From Candidatus Sericytochromatia bacterium (lineage in GTDB: Bacteria; Cyanobacteriota; Sericytochromatia; S15B-MN24; UBA4093), in contig JAKFBU010000039.1 of assembly GCA_036676985.1 (NCBI GenBank), forward strand, positions 32,001 through 96,000: a DNA stretch of 64,000 nucleotides, in the 5' to 3' direction. Positions within the stretch are counted from its first letter, which is position 1; every line of letters begins with the position of its first letter. Both the position numbers and the translations under genes were made by a program. The notes below the pieces were generated by a model. The model saw only the letters and a list, made by a program, of their open reading frames with translations, ran no database searches and had not been told where the DNA came from. Below, piece after piece: positions 28,822 to 38,199 of this stretch.

Positions 28822-30180
28822 ATGTCAGGACGCGTAGCGGCACTTTCCCTCAGCCTACTGCTCTCGATGGCCTTGCTGCCGAGCGCCCCGGCGGTGGCCC
28901 AGATGAAGACCAGCAAGGACGCCAAACCTGTCGCGGCTCCCGCGGCCAACACCATCCAGAGCTTCTCGCAGGCGATCGTCCCCATCAACCGGCCGACGCT
29001 GGCCCTCTTGCCCGCTCAGGCGAGCCTCTACAGCCCGCACAACGATGCGCTGTACGGCCGGCTGCAGGCCGCCCTCATCGGGCTGGGGCGCTTCAACGTG
29101 CTCGAGCGCGGCAAGATCCAGGCGTTGGTGGGTGAGCGCGATCTGGTTCGTAACGGCTACGCCCAGCCCTTCGAGATCGGCAAGCTGCTCAACGCCCAGA
29201 AGCTGCTCATCGCCGAGATGACGAGCGATCCGAGCGCCCAACGCATCTACGACAAGAAGGGTAAGAACAACCGCTTCGAGAGCTATGCACGAGCGACCGT
29301 CCGCTTCATCGACGTCTCGACGGGCGTGGCCTACGACGCCTTCGAGGTGACGGCCGAGGCGAGCGACGCCTCGTCGCGCGAGCGCGCCGAAGCCCAGGCC
29401 ATGGACTACATCGTGGGCCAGATCTTGAGCGGCGTGCGCAGTCGCACGCGCCTCAGCGCCATGGTCACGGATCGCTCGGGACGCCGGGTCCACCTGAACG
29501 AGGGCCGGAACATCGGCATCAAGCCCGGCCAGTACTTCGACGCGGTGGACGCCTACGGCGAGCACATCGGGCACCTGCACGTGACCGCCGCCTCGGACAC
29601 CCAGGCGACGGCCGAGATCATCCGCGGCTACTACTCGGTCGCCTCGGGCCTAAGGGTCATCGAGCAGGCGGGCGGCGGGTGGCCGTTCGGCATCGGCTTC
29701 GCCAACCGCTCGTTCATCTCGGCGGGCAACATCGAGGGGGCGTTCAACGCCCTGGATCTGCACTTCAACCAGTCCGGCGTCGGCCTGGGGGGCGGCGTGG
29801 AGCTCGGTCACCTCTCGCATCGCGGGGGCCTGCAGGGCTTTGGGGCCATGGTTCGCCTGGAGCCGCAGGTGGAGATCGTTCCCGAGCGCTTTTGGCTGTA
29901 TGCCCACCTGGGCGGCGGCCTGGGGCTCTACTCGGCGGGCATTCCCAACTCGAGCGACCTCGGGACGTCGCTCTCGCTGAACGCGCTGGCAGCGGTGGGC
30001 GCCAACGTGCAGCCCCTGGGTGGGCTGAACCTGTTCGTGGACGGTGGCTACATGAGCCCCTGGCAGCTCACCGACTGGCAGCGCCGCGTGGGTGAGAACT
30101 CGATCCGCGTGACCGAACCGATGCCCAACCCGATCATCGGGGGAGCGTTCGCCCGAGCGGGAGTCAGCTGGGCCTTTTAA
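28822..30180 (+). CDS. CsgG/HfaB-like domain + FlgT-C-like domain + C-terminal beta-barrel protein
   Basis: GRFNVLERGKI, VRFIDVSTG, LNEGRNIGIKPG, C-terminal GVSWAF; signal peptide. Confidence 0.65.
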   Translation: MSGRVAALSLSLLLSMALLPSAPAVAQMKTSKDAKPVAAPAANTIQSFSQAIVPINRPTLALLPAQASLYSPHNDALYGRLQAALIGLGRFNVLERGKIQALVGERDLVRNGYAQPFEIGKLLNAQKLLIAEMTSDPSAQRIYDKKGKNNRFESYARATVRFIDVSTGVAYDAFEVTAEASDASSRERAEAQAMDYIVGQILSGVRSRTRLSAMVTDRSGRRVHLNEGRNIGIKPGQYFDAVDAYGEHIGHLHVTAASDTQATAEIIRGYYSVASGLRVIEQAGGGWPFGIGFANRSFISAGNIEGAFNALDLHFNQSGVGLGGGVELGHLSHRGGLQGFGAMVRLEPQVEIVPERFWLYAHLGGGLGLYSAGIPNSSDLGTSLSLNALAAVGANVQPLGGLNLFVDGGYMSPWQLTDWQRRVGENSIRVTEPMPNPIIGGAFARAGVSWAF

Positions 30181-30195
30181 GCCTGGAAATTGCTT

Positions 30196-30223
30196 GAGCC
30201 CGGCCCTTTGCGGGGCCGGGCTC
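30196..30223. terminator. Terminator hairpin
   Basis: gagcccggccc-tttgcg-gggccgggctc. Confidence 0.65.
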
Positions 30224-30240
30224 GAACTGTTCGTGTGTCG

Positions 30241-30463
30241 TTACTGGGCCGGACGGTTGGCCAGTTTGATCGCAGCAAAGCTGGAGAGCGGCGTGATAAC
30301 CAGGGCCGAGACGACGAAGGCGATGGGGTGCGGCAGCATGAACATGTTGAAGACGCAGAACAGCAGGAAGATGACCGATACGGCGATCGCCGGGCGATTG
30401 CCGGCCGCGGGCGCGATCTTCTTGGCTACCAGCGGCCCGATGAACGCGCCGATCGCCCAGCTA
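30241..30463 (-). pseudogene. 3' remnant of a small membrane-protein gene, cut at the island edge
   Basis: Manual translation SWAIGAFIGPLVAKKIAP...FNMFMLPHPIAF...ANRPAQ* with host-like codons; in-frame TGA just upstream, where the AT-richer DNA begins. Confidence 0.6.
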
Positions 30464-30642
30464 GACCATCAAGTGGCAACTTCGGCCCCGAAGGCTCTTT
30501 AGGCAGGCGATTCGAGGTTACGGTTTCCTTGATTACTCTCACCTTGTCGGTTGGAATCCGTTTGAGACTTCGATCTCGGGGAAATCGATCCAGTAGAGCC
30601 TAAACGCGAGGTATTAGGCTACCACCACTCACAATTGCTAAA

Positions 30643-31446
30643 CTAATCAGGCAGTGAATCGATAAGCCTTCTGACATAATTTTTTTTCGGATCATATTTA
30701 ACCACTTCGAATGCATCTTGCAATGCACTTACCGAGGTCTCCAATACATCGTAATCAACATCAGATGGCTCTTGAACTACAGCTATCATTTTAGCAGTAT
30801 CATAACCAAATGACGCTCTTGCTTTACTTGCGTTATACGCCAATCTTTTGGCCATATCGAGCTTTTGCCAGTTTTTCCCAATATGAAGTGAGACAGGTTG
30901 AACAACTAGGCGAGGTATCTCGTTTTGGATTTCCACAAGATCGAAAGAAATAGCAAGCTTCTTGTCTACTTCTCGAGACGTTAGACGCGCGAGTCGCTGA
31001 TTTCCGCTCACAACAAAGTCGTTATGAACTCGAGTCAAAAAAGCAGCTTGCTTATCCTTGCCAGCGGCCTTCTGCCTAACTTTTTCAACATCGCTTAAGC
31101 GCACAAATTGCTTAAATAAGTGTCGAACGTCTTGTTCCAATTCATCGTAGTAACCCATAAAAACTGGTGAAAACGCAAGCATACCACCCACGCTTGCATT
31201 AATTTCCTCGAGAAATCCCTCAATTTTATCTTCGCCTTCTACACCTCCTTGAACTACCTCAAGGATTTCTTTCAAGCTCTTAATATCGACTTCAGGATCA
31301 ATACATTTTAAAGGATCAAAGTTTTTTGCAAATTTACAAAAAACCCTCTTTTTTGAGAGATCGTGTATAACCAATCCAATATTCATAAATTCGCCGCGAA
31401 CCTGATCAGGAACGAAGCGAGCGACGCAATACTGAAACTCGTTCAC
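30643..31446 (-). CDS. DUF3037-domain protein
   Basis: FQYCVARFVPDQVRGEFMNIGLVI...FSP...LFKQFV signature. Confidence 0.85.
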   Translation of the reverse strand: MNEFQYCVARFVPDQVRGEFMNIGLVIHDLSKKRVFCKFAKNFDPLKCIDPEVDIKSLKEILEVVQGGVEGEDKIEGFLEEINASVGGMLAFSPVFMGYYDELEQDVRHLFKQFVRLSDVEKVRQKAAGKDKQAAFLTRVHNDFVVSGNQRLARLTSREVDKKLAISFDLVEIQNEIPRLVVQPVSLHIGKNWQKLDMAKRLAYNASKARASFGYDTAKMIAVVQEPSDVDYDVLETSVSALQDAFEVVKYDPKKNYVRRLIDSLPD

Positions 31447-31457
31447 GTGGCCCCCCG

Positions 31458-32429
31458 TTACGTTACATCACTCTGCGGCACGGATCTTTCAAAGGCGCCA
31501 TACAGCAAACTACGAACCAATGGTGCTCTCGCTAACAAAAAGGTCTTTAAAGTTGATTTGTCTAGGTCGTTTAATTTCCACGCAGACGGAACAATTGAAA
31601 TAGCCGAAGAAATCTGAATATCGTCTACACTTTCCATGCGTGTTAGATATTCTTCAAAGCAACCACGTCGAATTGCTTGAGAATGCAATCCCTGGTATCC
31701 AGGCAGGACATTTCCAGCACCCGAAACAAGGCCCAATTGAGAGTGTGTCCAATCAGCTCCAGTAAAGCAATGGCCGTGGTCAATTTGATAGTAATCAAAT
31801 TTAGCTTCACCAACTCGGCGTAAAAGCGTATTCCCTTTATTTGCCACCCTATCGCCATTTAATGTCCAGGTATCAAAAACTATTGTTCCTACCATTTCTT
31901 GCCGATTTCTAATCTTCGAAAAAAGGCGAAGGCTTCGCATTAAGCCTTGAATCATGACATGGTCTAATGTATATGAATTTTTAATCTCTAAACAACCGAA
32001 ATGTATTCCCGCCGAACGAACAGGAGATGTTGACTTTCTTCGCTGCCTTAGCTGTGGATTTTTCTCAATAAAACTCCTAGGAACCCATATAAGCTCACAA
32101 TCTGGCACCGGAAGCACCAAAGATTTTGCAAGCCGATAGGCCAAATATTCGTTTGGAAGGGTCTTCGGGTATAAGTAATCTGGCCTTACATCGTTAAACT
32201 TAACAATATAAGTTTTGCCATTGTCACATTCAATAAGAGCTGACTCTGAGACGCCAGCGCCAGCAAACCCCTTAAAAAATTTGGCCGTAACATACTTCCT
32301 AAGGGAATATATGTTTGATACTCGCCGGCCTGCCCAGGAGATGGACTTCGGCTGTTGCCAGCCACGTACCAAAAGAATGGGTCTTCGTTTAGAGGCGGCC
32401 ACAATTTGACCAACGATAGTCTTTGACAT
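31458..32429 (-). CDS. HipA-like (HipA_2-type) kinase; true start may be ~35 codons downstream
   Basis: YIVKF, NEYLAYRLAKSLVLPVP, FDTWTLNGDR, GNTL, IDHG. Confidence 0.85.
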   Translation of the reverse strand: MSKTIVGQIVAASKRRPILLVRGWQQPKSISWAGRRVSNIYSLRKYVTAKFFKGFAGAGVSESALIECDNGKTYIVKFNDVRPDYLYPKTLPNEYLAYRLAKSLVLPVPDCELIWVPRSFIEKNPQLRQRRKSTSPVRSAGIHFGCLEIKNSYTLDHVMIQGLMRSLRLFSKIRNRQEMVGTIVFDTWTLNGDRVANKGNTLLRRVGEAKFDYYQIDHGHCFTGADWTHSQLGLVSGAGNVLPGYQGLHSQAIRRGCFEEYLTRMESVDDIQISSAISIVPSAWKLNDLDKSTLKTFLLARAPLVRSLLYGAFERSVPQSDVT

Positions 32430-32618
32430 TCTAGGAGCGAGCCCCTTTTAAGCCAGATTTAGGAACGAATTCCGAGTTGGGCCAACGATTAAAATAGATT
32501 GCAATTAAGTTATGAAACTAGCCTAGCTATCACTTTATCATCATACACTAAATCTTCTGGTCCGGGAACTTGCTTGGCTGGCTAAGCTCCTTGCTTAAAG
32601 CCATTATGGCTCATAGTG

Positions 32619-34022
32619 CTAGAGTGCATTCCTCGTTGCAATAGACTTATAGACTTCCACCGTCTCGGTCGGAACCCGCGCCAGGTTCCGGCCGGCCCTT
32701 CGATCAATCTTGTAGAGGCCGAAGCGCGAGGCGTAGCCCTCCACCCACTCGAAGTTGTCCGTCAGGGTCCAGTGGACGTAGCCGCGCACGTCCACGCCGT
32801 CCCAGATCGCATGCATGACCTGCTTCAGGTGCTCGACGAGGTAGGAGCTGCGCACGGCCCCCTTGCGATCGTCGATCCCGTTTTCGGTGATGATGATCGG
32901 CACCCGGCGCCCGTCCGGAAGGCGCGAATAGCCGTCTGCCAGCATGAGCGCCCGGTACAGGCCTTCCGGATAGATCTCCCAGCCCAGGTCGTTGACCGGA
33001 GCCCCCGGTGTCGCCAGGCGATCCTTGGGCCCGAAGGACGTGACCCGCCAGCGCGTGTAGTAGTTGATGCCGATGAAGTCCACCGAGTTCTTGGCCTCGG
33101 GCACCTGGGCCTTCACGCCCTTGGCCCCCGGAATGCCGAAGTCCAGATCGCCCGTCGTCACGGCCTTGAGCATCGCCCGGTTGAAGACCTGGTCGTTGAA
33201 GTAGGCGTAAAGATGGTCGATGGGATTCCAGGCGTTGTAGGGGTCGAAGATGGCGAGGTGCTGCGAGATCCCGACCTGAGCGGCCAGGCCGTCGCCATCC
33301 GCGTCCTGGGTATCCGCCGCATGCAGGGCGCGGTACGCGAGGGCGTGCGCGCGGGCCATGTTGGCCATCACCTGGAGGGCCTCGTCCCGGTTCTTGTGCT
33401 GGGGCGGCCAGATACCGGCGTCGTACGACTGGAAGGCGTAGACGTTGGGCTCGTTGATGGTGATCCACCAGTCCACCTCGCCCCCGTACTCGCGGGCGAC
33501 GAAGTCGGCGAAGCGCTCGAAGTCCTTGAGCGTCTCTTCCGCGAGCCAGCCGCCCTGGGCGGCCACCCAGACCGGGTTGGTGAAATGGTGCAGGGTCACC
33601 ATCGGCTTGATGCCGTGGCGCTTCAGCGAGCGAAAGACCTCGTGGTAGTGGGCGATGGCCGCGGCATCCCACTTGCCCTTCTCGGGCTCGATGCGCGACC
33701 ACTCGATGGACAGGCGGTGGACGTTGTGGCCCATGTCGGCCGCGAGGGCGAAGTCGGAGTCGAAGCGGTTGTAGTGGTCCACGCCTTCCTCGGACGTATC
33801 GCCGTTGGCGACGACGCCCTTCAGCTTCTCGAAGTCCGACCAGTCGTTGCGGAGGTGGCCCTCGACCTGGTGTGCGGCCGTCGCGGCGCCCCACATGAAG
33901 CCCTTGGGGAAGGGGACGTCATGCATCGACTTGGCGGAAGCGGGCCCCAGGTTGAAAGCCGAGAGGGCCACCAGGAAGCGCGCCAGATGACCGCCCAGGG
34001 ACCCGAGCTTGCTCCGACGCAA
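32619..34022 (-). CDS. GH1 beta-glucosidase with putative signal peptide
   Basis: FMWGAATAAHQVEG, RLSIEWSRIEP, TINEP, ITENG, DNFEW..GY..RFGL. Confidence 0.93.
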   Translation of the reverse strand: MRRSKLGSLGGHLARFLVALSAFNLGPASAKSMHDVPFPKGFMWGAATAAHQVEGHLRNDWSDFEKLKGVVANGDTSEEGVDHYNRFDSDFALAADMGHNVHRLSIEWSRIEPEKGKWDAAAIAHYHEVFRSLKRHGIKPMVTLHHFTNPVWVAAQGGWLAEETLKDFERFADFVAREYGGEVDWWITINEPNVYAFQSYDAGIWPPQHKNRDEALQVMANMARAHALAYRALHAADTQDADGDGLAAQVGISQHLAIFDPYNAWNPIDHLYAYFNDQVFNRAMLKAVTTGDLDFGIPGAKGVKAQVPEAKNSVDFIGINYYTRWRVTSFGPKDRLATPGAPVNDLGWEIYPEGLYRALMLADGYSRLPDGRRVPIIITENGIDDRKGAVRSSYLVEHLKQVMHAIWDGVDVRGYVHWTLTDNFEWVEGYASRFGLYKIDRRAGRNLARVPTETVEVYKSIATRNAL

Positions 34023-34024
34023 GG

Positions 34025-34795
34025 CTAGTGACCGCCGCCTTCGCCGTGCAGGTCGTTCTCCTTGCTGGCCTCCGCCTTGGCGAAGAGACCGATGGAGGCG
34101 ACGGCGGCCGCAACCGCGGCGACCTCACCCACGCCCGTCTCGGCGAGCAGGCCGCCGACCGCAGCACCCCAGTCCGCCGTGCTGGCGAGGGCGTAGTAGG
34201 CCTTGGTCTCCTTGGAGAGGCGCGGGTCGAGGAAGGCGGTGGCGGTGTCGTAGGTGCCCCAGACGGCGATGCCCACGCCCACGACCGGGATGGCCTTGGC
34301 CACACCGCGGCCCACCGAGCTCTCGGCGATGCGCGCGAGCGTTACCTCGGAGAGGCGGGGGAACTGGGTCTTCAGGCTGGTCAAGACGCCCTTGTAGGTC
34401 TGGGCGATCTTGGGCATGGCCTCGAGCAGAGGCTTGCAGAGCGTCGGATGGGCGTTGATCTTCTTGAGGAGGGTACCAGCGAGGTCCGGGGCGTAGCGGC
34501 CCATGTCGATCATGGCGTTGATGATTCGCGAGTCGAGGCGGGGGTTGTGGGCCAGGACCTCGGCGATCTCGGCCGCGATGTGCGGGGCCTCTTTGGCGAG
34601 CTTGGCGAGCTCGATGCCCGTGTGCGAGTTGTGGGCGGTGTGCCGGTTGTGCTCGTTGAAGATGGAGTCGTGCGGCGTGCCGTGGGAATTCTTTTGCTCG
34701 GCCTTGGCCTCGGGAGCCTTGTGATTGCCCGGCTCGGCGGTCTTCTTGGGGGGGACCTTGGCGCCGTGGGAACCGGCCGACTGAATTCCGCTCAT
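34025..34795 (-). CDS. Hypothetical protein with disordered N-terminus and Ala/Gly-rich hydrophobic C-terminus
   Basis: RBS GGAGG, host codon usage, KAIPVVGVGIAVW segment. Confidence 0.7.
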   Translation of the reverse strand: MSGIQSAGSHGAKVPPKKTAEPGNHKAPEAKAEQKNSHGTPHDSIFNEHNRHTAHNSHTGIELAKLAKEAPHIAAEIAEVLAHNPRLDSRIINAMIDMGRYAPDLAGTLLKKINAHPTLCKPLLEAMPKIAQTYKGVLTSLKTQFPRLSEVTLARIAESSVGRGVAKAIPVVGVGIAVWGTYDTATAFLDPRLSKETKAYYALASTADWGAAVGGLLAETGVGEVAAVAAAVASIGLFAKAEASKENDLHGEGGGH

Positions 34796-34935
34796 CGCAA
34801 CCTCCGGAGATTAGAAAGCACTAATCATCATTTACCCAGGTTGCTCGCTTGGTCCACGTGCGTACTGCATGGATGGCAGCCGGCAGAACGCCGGCGCTCC
34901 CAGGGATCAAATCCTCTTTGGGTCGTGCTTCTAGG

Positions 34936-36396
34936 CTAATCAGCTTGGCGAAGGCGGCACTTGTCGACTTTGCCACTCGGCGTTCGGGGCAGGGCGTCCA
35001 CCAGCGTGACCTTGCGAGGTAGCTTGTACGGCGCGAGACGGGTGGACAGGGCCTGGATGACCTCCTCGGTGTCCACCGGTGCGGACGGCACGACGTAGGC
35101 GCGCACGATCTCTCCGAAGACCTCGTGAGGCTCCCCCACGACGGCCGCCTCATGGACACGGCCGTCCGCACACAAAGCTTGTTCGACCTCCCAGGAGGAG
35201 ACGTTGGCACCGCCCGAGACGATGATTTCCTTCAGCCGACCCCGAAGCGCCACGAAGCCTGCGGAGTCTATGACCGCCAGGTCTCCGGTCGAAAGCCAAC
35301 CGTCCTTCAAAGGGTCCTCGCCCAGGTAGCCGATCATGCGACTGGGCGTCCGGACCTGGAGCTCCCCTTCCGTCCCAGCGGGCAGGGGCAACTCGGGCTC
35401 GCGCAGATCCACCACCCGCAACTCAATGCCCCGCAAGGGTAGGCCAATGGAGTCGGCCCGTTCGTTGAGACTTTCGGCCGGCAAGGTCGTGACCCGTGGC
35501 CCCGCCTCGGTCAGGCCGTAGGTTACATGCACCCGGGCCTCGGTCTTGGTGGAGAACTCGGCGGCGAACTCGCGGAGCAGCGTGGGCTCGATGGGGGCCG
35601 CGCCGATCGTGAGGGTCTCGAGGGACGAGAGGTCGGATGCCGCGACGATGGGCGATCGCATCGACCGCTTGTCCTGAATGAGCCGCACGTGGGTGGGCGT
35701 CAGGGAGCTGACGGTGATCCGTTCGGTTTCGATGGCCTTGAGGTACGCCCGGGGCATGAAGGGGCCGCGCATCAGGACGAGCGTGCCGCCGTGCCACAGG
35801 GTGGCGATCAGCTGCGCGACGAGCGTCGCCGAGTGGTACATGGGCGAGACGACGAGGACCCGATCATCGGGCCCAAGTCCGATTGACTCGGCGTGGGCGA
35901 GGGCGTTCCAGACGGATCCCGCCTCGGAGAGGCGCGCGATCCGTGGCTGACCGGTCGAGCCCGAGGTCGGCACCAGAAGCTCCGCCCCCGGATGATGCCC
36001 CCCATGGTCGGTCTCGGACTCCTGCACGAAGGGCTCGGCCACGAGAGGCGCCGGGCCGTCCTGCGCCGCGGCCGCGAGCCCCGCGTTGACGAGCTTCACC
36101 GGGATCGTGAGCCCCGCGAGCAACGCTGCCCGCTCGTCGGGCGGCGTGGAGGGCGGCAAGGGTAGCGGGTGGGCCCCCAGGCGCAGCACCGCGAGCAAGG
36201 CCACGACGAAGTGGGTGTCGTTGTCGAGCATCAGGGGGACGATGGTCCCGGGCCCCACGCCGACGGCACGCAGGCGATCGCACAGCCCGCAGACCCTGCG
36301 CCGCAAGGTCGCGTAGCTCACGCGCTCCGCGCCCGTGACCAGGGCCTCGTGGCCAGGACGGGTGCGGGCGTGACGATCGAGGGCGGTATTGAGCAT
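34936..36396 (-). CDS. AMP-dependent acyl-CoA/acyl-ACP ligase
   Basis: TSGSTGQPR, YGLTE, TGD, GRLKE, LPRTPSGKVDK. Confidence 0.92.
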   Translation of the reverse strand: MLNTALDRHARTRPGHEALVTGAERVSYATLRRRVCGLCDRLRAVGVGPGTIVPLMLDNDTHFVVALLAVLRLGAHPLPLPPSTPPDERAALLAGLTIPVKLVNAGLAAAAQDGPAPLVAEPFVQESETDHGGHHPGAELLVPTSGSTGQPRIARLSEAGSVWNALAHAESIGLGPDDRVLVVSPMYHSATLVAQLIATLWHGGTLVLMRGPFMPRAYLKAIETERITVSSLTPTHVRLIQDKRSMRSPIVAASDLSSLETLTIGAAPIEPTLLREFAAEFSTKTEARVHVTYGLTEAGPRVTTLPAESLNERADSIGLPLRGIELRVVDLREPELPLPAGTEGELQVRTPSRMIGYLGEDPLKDGWLSTGDLAVIDSAGFVALRGRLKEIIVSGGANVSSWEVEQALCADGRVHEAAVVGEPHEVFGEIVRAYVVPSAPVDTEEVIQALSTRLAPYKLPRKVTLVDALPRTPSGKVDKCRLRQAD

Positions 36397-36398
36397 GG

Positions 36399-37169
36399 CT
36401 AGAGGCTCAGCATCCCGAGTTCGCGCCCGCCCGTGACGGGAATCTCGGCCCCCGTCACGTAGGAAGCCTGCACGGAGGCCAAAAAGGCGACCACGGCCGC
36501 GACCTCCTCGGGCGTGCCCTCGCGGCGCATGGCGATGGCCTTCTTCATAGCCTCGGCAGCCCGCTCGCTGAGGCCCGCCGTCCGCTCGGTGGCGATGCGA
36601 CCGGGGATCACGAGGTTGGCGGTGATGCCCTGACGCGCGTACTCCTGGGCGATGGTCTTGATGAGCCCCACGAGGCCCGCCTTGGCCGCGGCGTAGGCGC
36701 CCTCGGCAAAACCGCCCTGCAGGCCCATCAACGAGCCGAGAGCCATCACCCGGCCCCAGCCTCGCTGGGCCATGCCCGGAAGAAAGACCTGGGCGCAGCG
36801 GTAGAGGCCACCGAGATCCGTGGCGAGCACGTCGTTCCAGTGGGTCTCGGGGAGGGTGGCGAGGCGCGCGGGACGGTCTGGAGCGGCCGCCGCGTACACG
36901 AGCACCTCAACGGGCCCGAGCTCCGCCTCGATGGCCTCCCGGGCCTCCAGCCAGCGCGCCTGATCCGCCCGAGCGGCATCCAGGACGACCGATCCGGCCT
37001 GGGCCCCGCCGGCCCGCAGCTGATCGACGGTCTCAGCGAGCGCCTCGGCGCTCCGGCCCATGACGGCCACCCGCATGCCCTCGGCTCCGAGCGCGAGCGC
37101 CACGGCCCGGCCGATGCCGCGCGAGGCGCCGACGACGAGGGCGGTCTTGCCCGTGAGCCCCAAGTCCAT
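36399..37169 (-). CDS. SDR ketoreductase (FabG-like)
   Basis: VGASRGIG, YAAAK, PGRIAT, SYVTG. Confidence 0.9.
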   Translation of the reverse strand: MDLGLTGKTALVVGASRGIGRAVALALGAEGMRVAVMGRSAEALAETVDQLRAGGAQAGSVVLDAARADQARWLEAREAIEAELGPVEVLVYAAAAPDRPARLATLPETHWNDVLATDLGGLYRCAQVFLPGMAQRGWGRVMALGSLMGLQGGFAEGAYAAAKAGLVGLIKTIAQEYARQGITANLVIPGRIATERTAGLSERAAEAMKKAIAMRREGTPEEVAAVVAFLASVQASYVTGAEIPVTGGRELGMLSL

Positions 37170-37171
37170 GG

Positions 37172-37426
37172 CTAGGCCTCCCGGCTCGCGAAGTGGTGGG
37201 CGATCGCCCCCACCGTCGCCAGTCCCGCAAGCTCCGTCTCGTCGACCGCACGTCCGAGGCGCGTCTCGAGGCCCACGGCCAGGTCTAGGAGCGCCACCGA
37301 GTCCACGCCAAGGTCCTCGATCAGGCGGTGCTCTGGCCGGATCTCGGCCGGCGCGATGCGCGGACGGAAGTCGTCCATGGAGGCGAGGATCTCGCGCAGG
37401 TGAGTCAGGATGGCGTCTGGCTGCAT
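37172..37426 (-). CDS. Acyl carrier protein
   Basis: DLGVDSV phosphopantetheine motif, TVG; about 84 aa. Confidence 0.88.
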   Translation of the reverse strand: MQPDAILTHLREILASMDDFRPRIAPAEIRPEHRLIEDLGVDSVALLDLAVGLETRLGRAVDETELAGLATVGAIAHHFASREA

Positions 37427-37431
37427 GGATG

Positions 37432-38199
37432 TCACCATTGGTTGTTGAGGTGGGAGCCGCCCCCCACGGGCAGGACCGTCCCGGTGATGAAGCTAGCGGC
37501 CTCGGAGGCCAAAAAGACCACGGCGTCCGCCACCTCTTCCGGGCGGCCGAGCCGCTTGAGGGCCGAGCCCTCCGCGTGCCGAGCGGCCATCTCGGCGGTG
37601 GCGATTTCCCGGAACCGCTCCGTGTCGATGAAGCCCGGAGCCACGACGTTCGACGTGACGCCGAAGGGGCCGTAGTCAAGGGCGAGTCCGCGCGCCATGG
37701 CCTCCTGGGCCGCCTTGAGCGTGCTGTAGAGGCCGTTGCCCCGAGCCCCCACCGACGCGACCAGCGAGCCGATGAACACCACCCGACCCCAGCGCCGGCG
37801 CTTCATCGCGGGCAACACGAGGCCGTTGAGCTGGATGACGCCCCGGAAGTTGACGTTCATGGACTCCGTCCAGTCCTCGGGCGCGTACTGAGCGAGCCGC
37901 AGGCGCCGCGAGAAGCGGGCCGCATTGTGCACGAGCACCTCGGCATCACCCCAGTGGGACGTCAGACGCTCGTGCGCCGCGACGACCGAATGGGGATCCC
38001 CCATGTCCGCCACCAGCGACAGGGCCTCCCCCCCCGCCGCGCGGGCGAGCGTACAGGTCTCGTCCAGCAGCTCCGGGTTGCGGCCGAGCACCGCGACCTT
38101 CGCCCCCTGTGAGGCGAGCGCCACGGCGACCGCGCGGCCGATACCGCGGCCCCCGCCCGTGATGAGAGCTACCTTGCCTTCGAGCCCGAGCCGCCTCAC
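37432..38199 (-). CDS. SDR ketoreductase (FabG-like)
   Basis: TGGGRGIG, YSTLK, PGFIDT, SFITG; GTG start overlaps the upstream stop. Confidence 0.9.
   Translation of the reverse strand: MRRLGLEGKVALITGGGRGIGRAVAVALASQGAKVAVLGRNPELLDETCTLARAAGGEALSLVADMGDPHSVVAAHERLTSHWGDAEVLVHNAARFSRRLRLAQYAPEDWTESMNVNFRGVIQLNGLVLPAMKRRRWGRVVFIGSLVASVGARGNGLYSTLKAAQEAMARGLALDYGPFGVTSNVVAPGFIDTERFREIATAEMAARHAEGSALKRLGRPEEVADAVVFLASEAASFITGTVLPVGGGSHLNNQW

Larger units (their letters stand above)
30464..32655. mobile_element. AT-rich horizontally acquired islet; no integrase or transposase seen
   Basis: Abrupt drop in GC and change in codon usage relative to both flanks. Confidence 0.75.

Noticed and set aside
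30464-32655. Prophage or IS origin of the islet
   Set aside because: No integrase, transposase, tRNA target, terminal repeats or target duplication seen.
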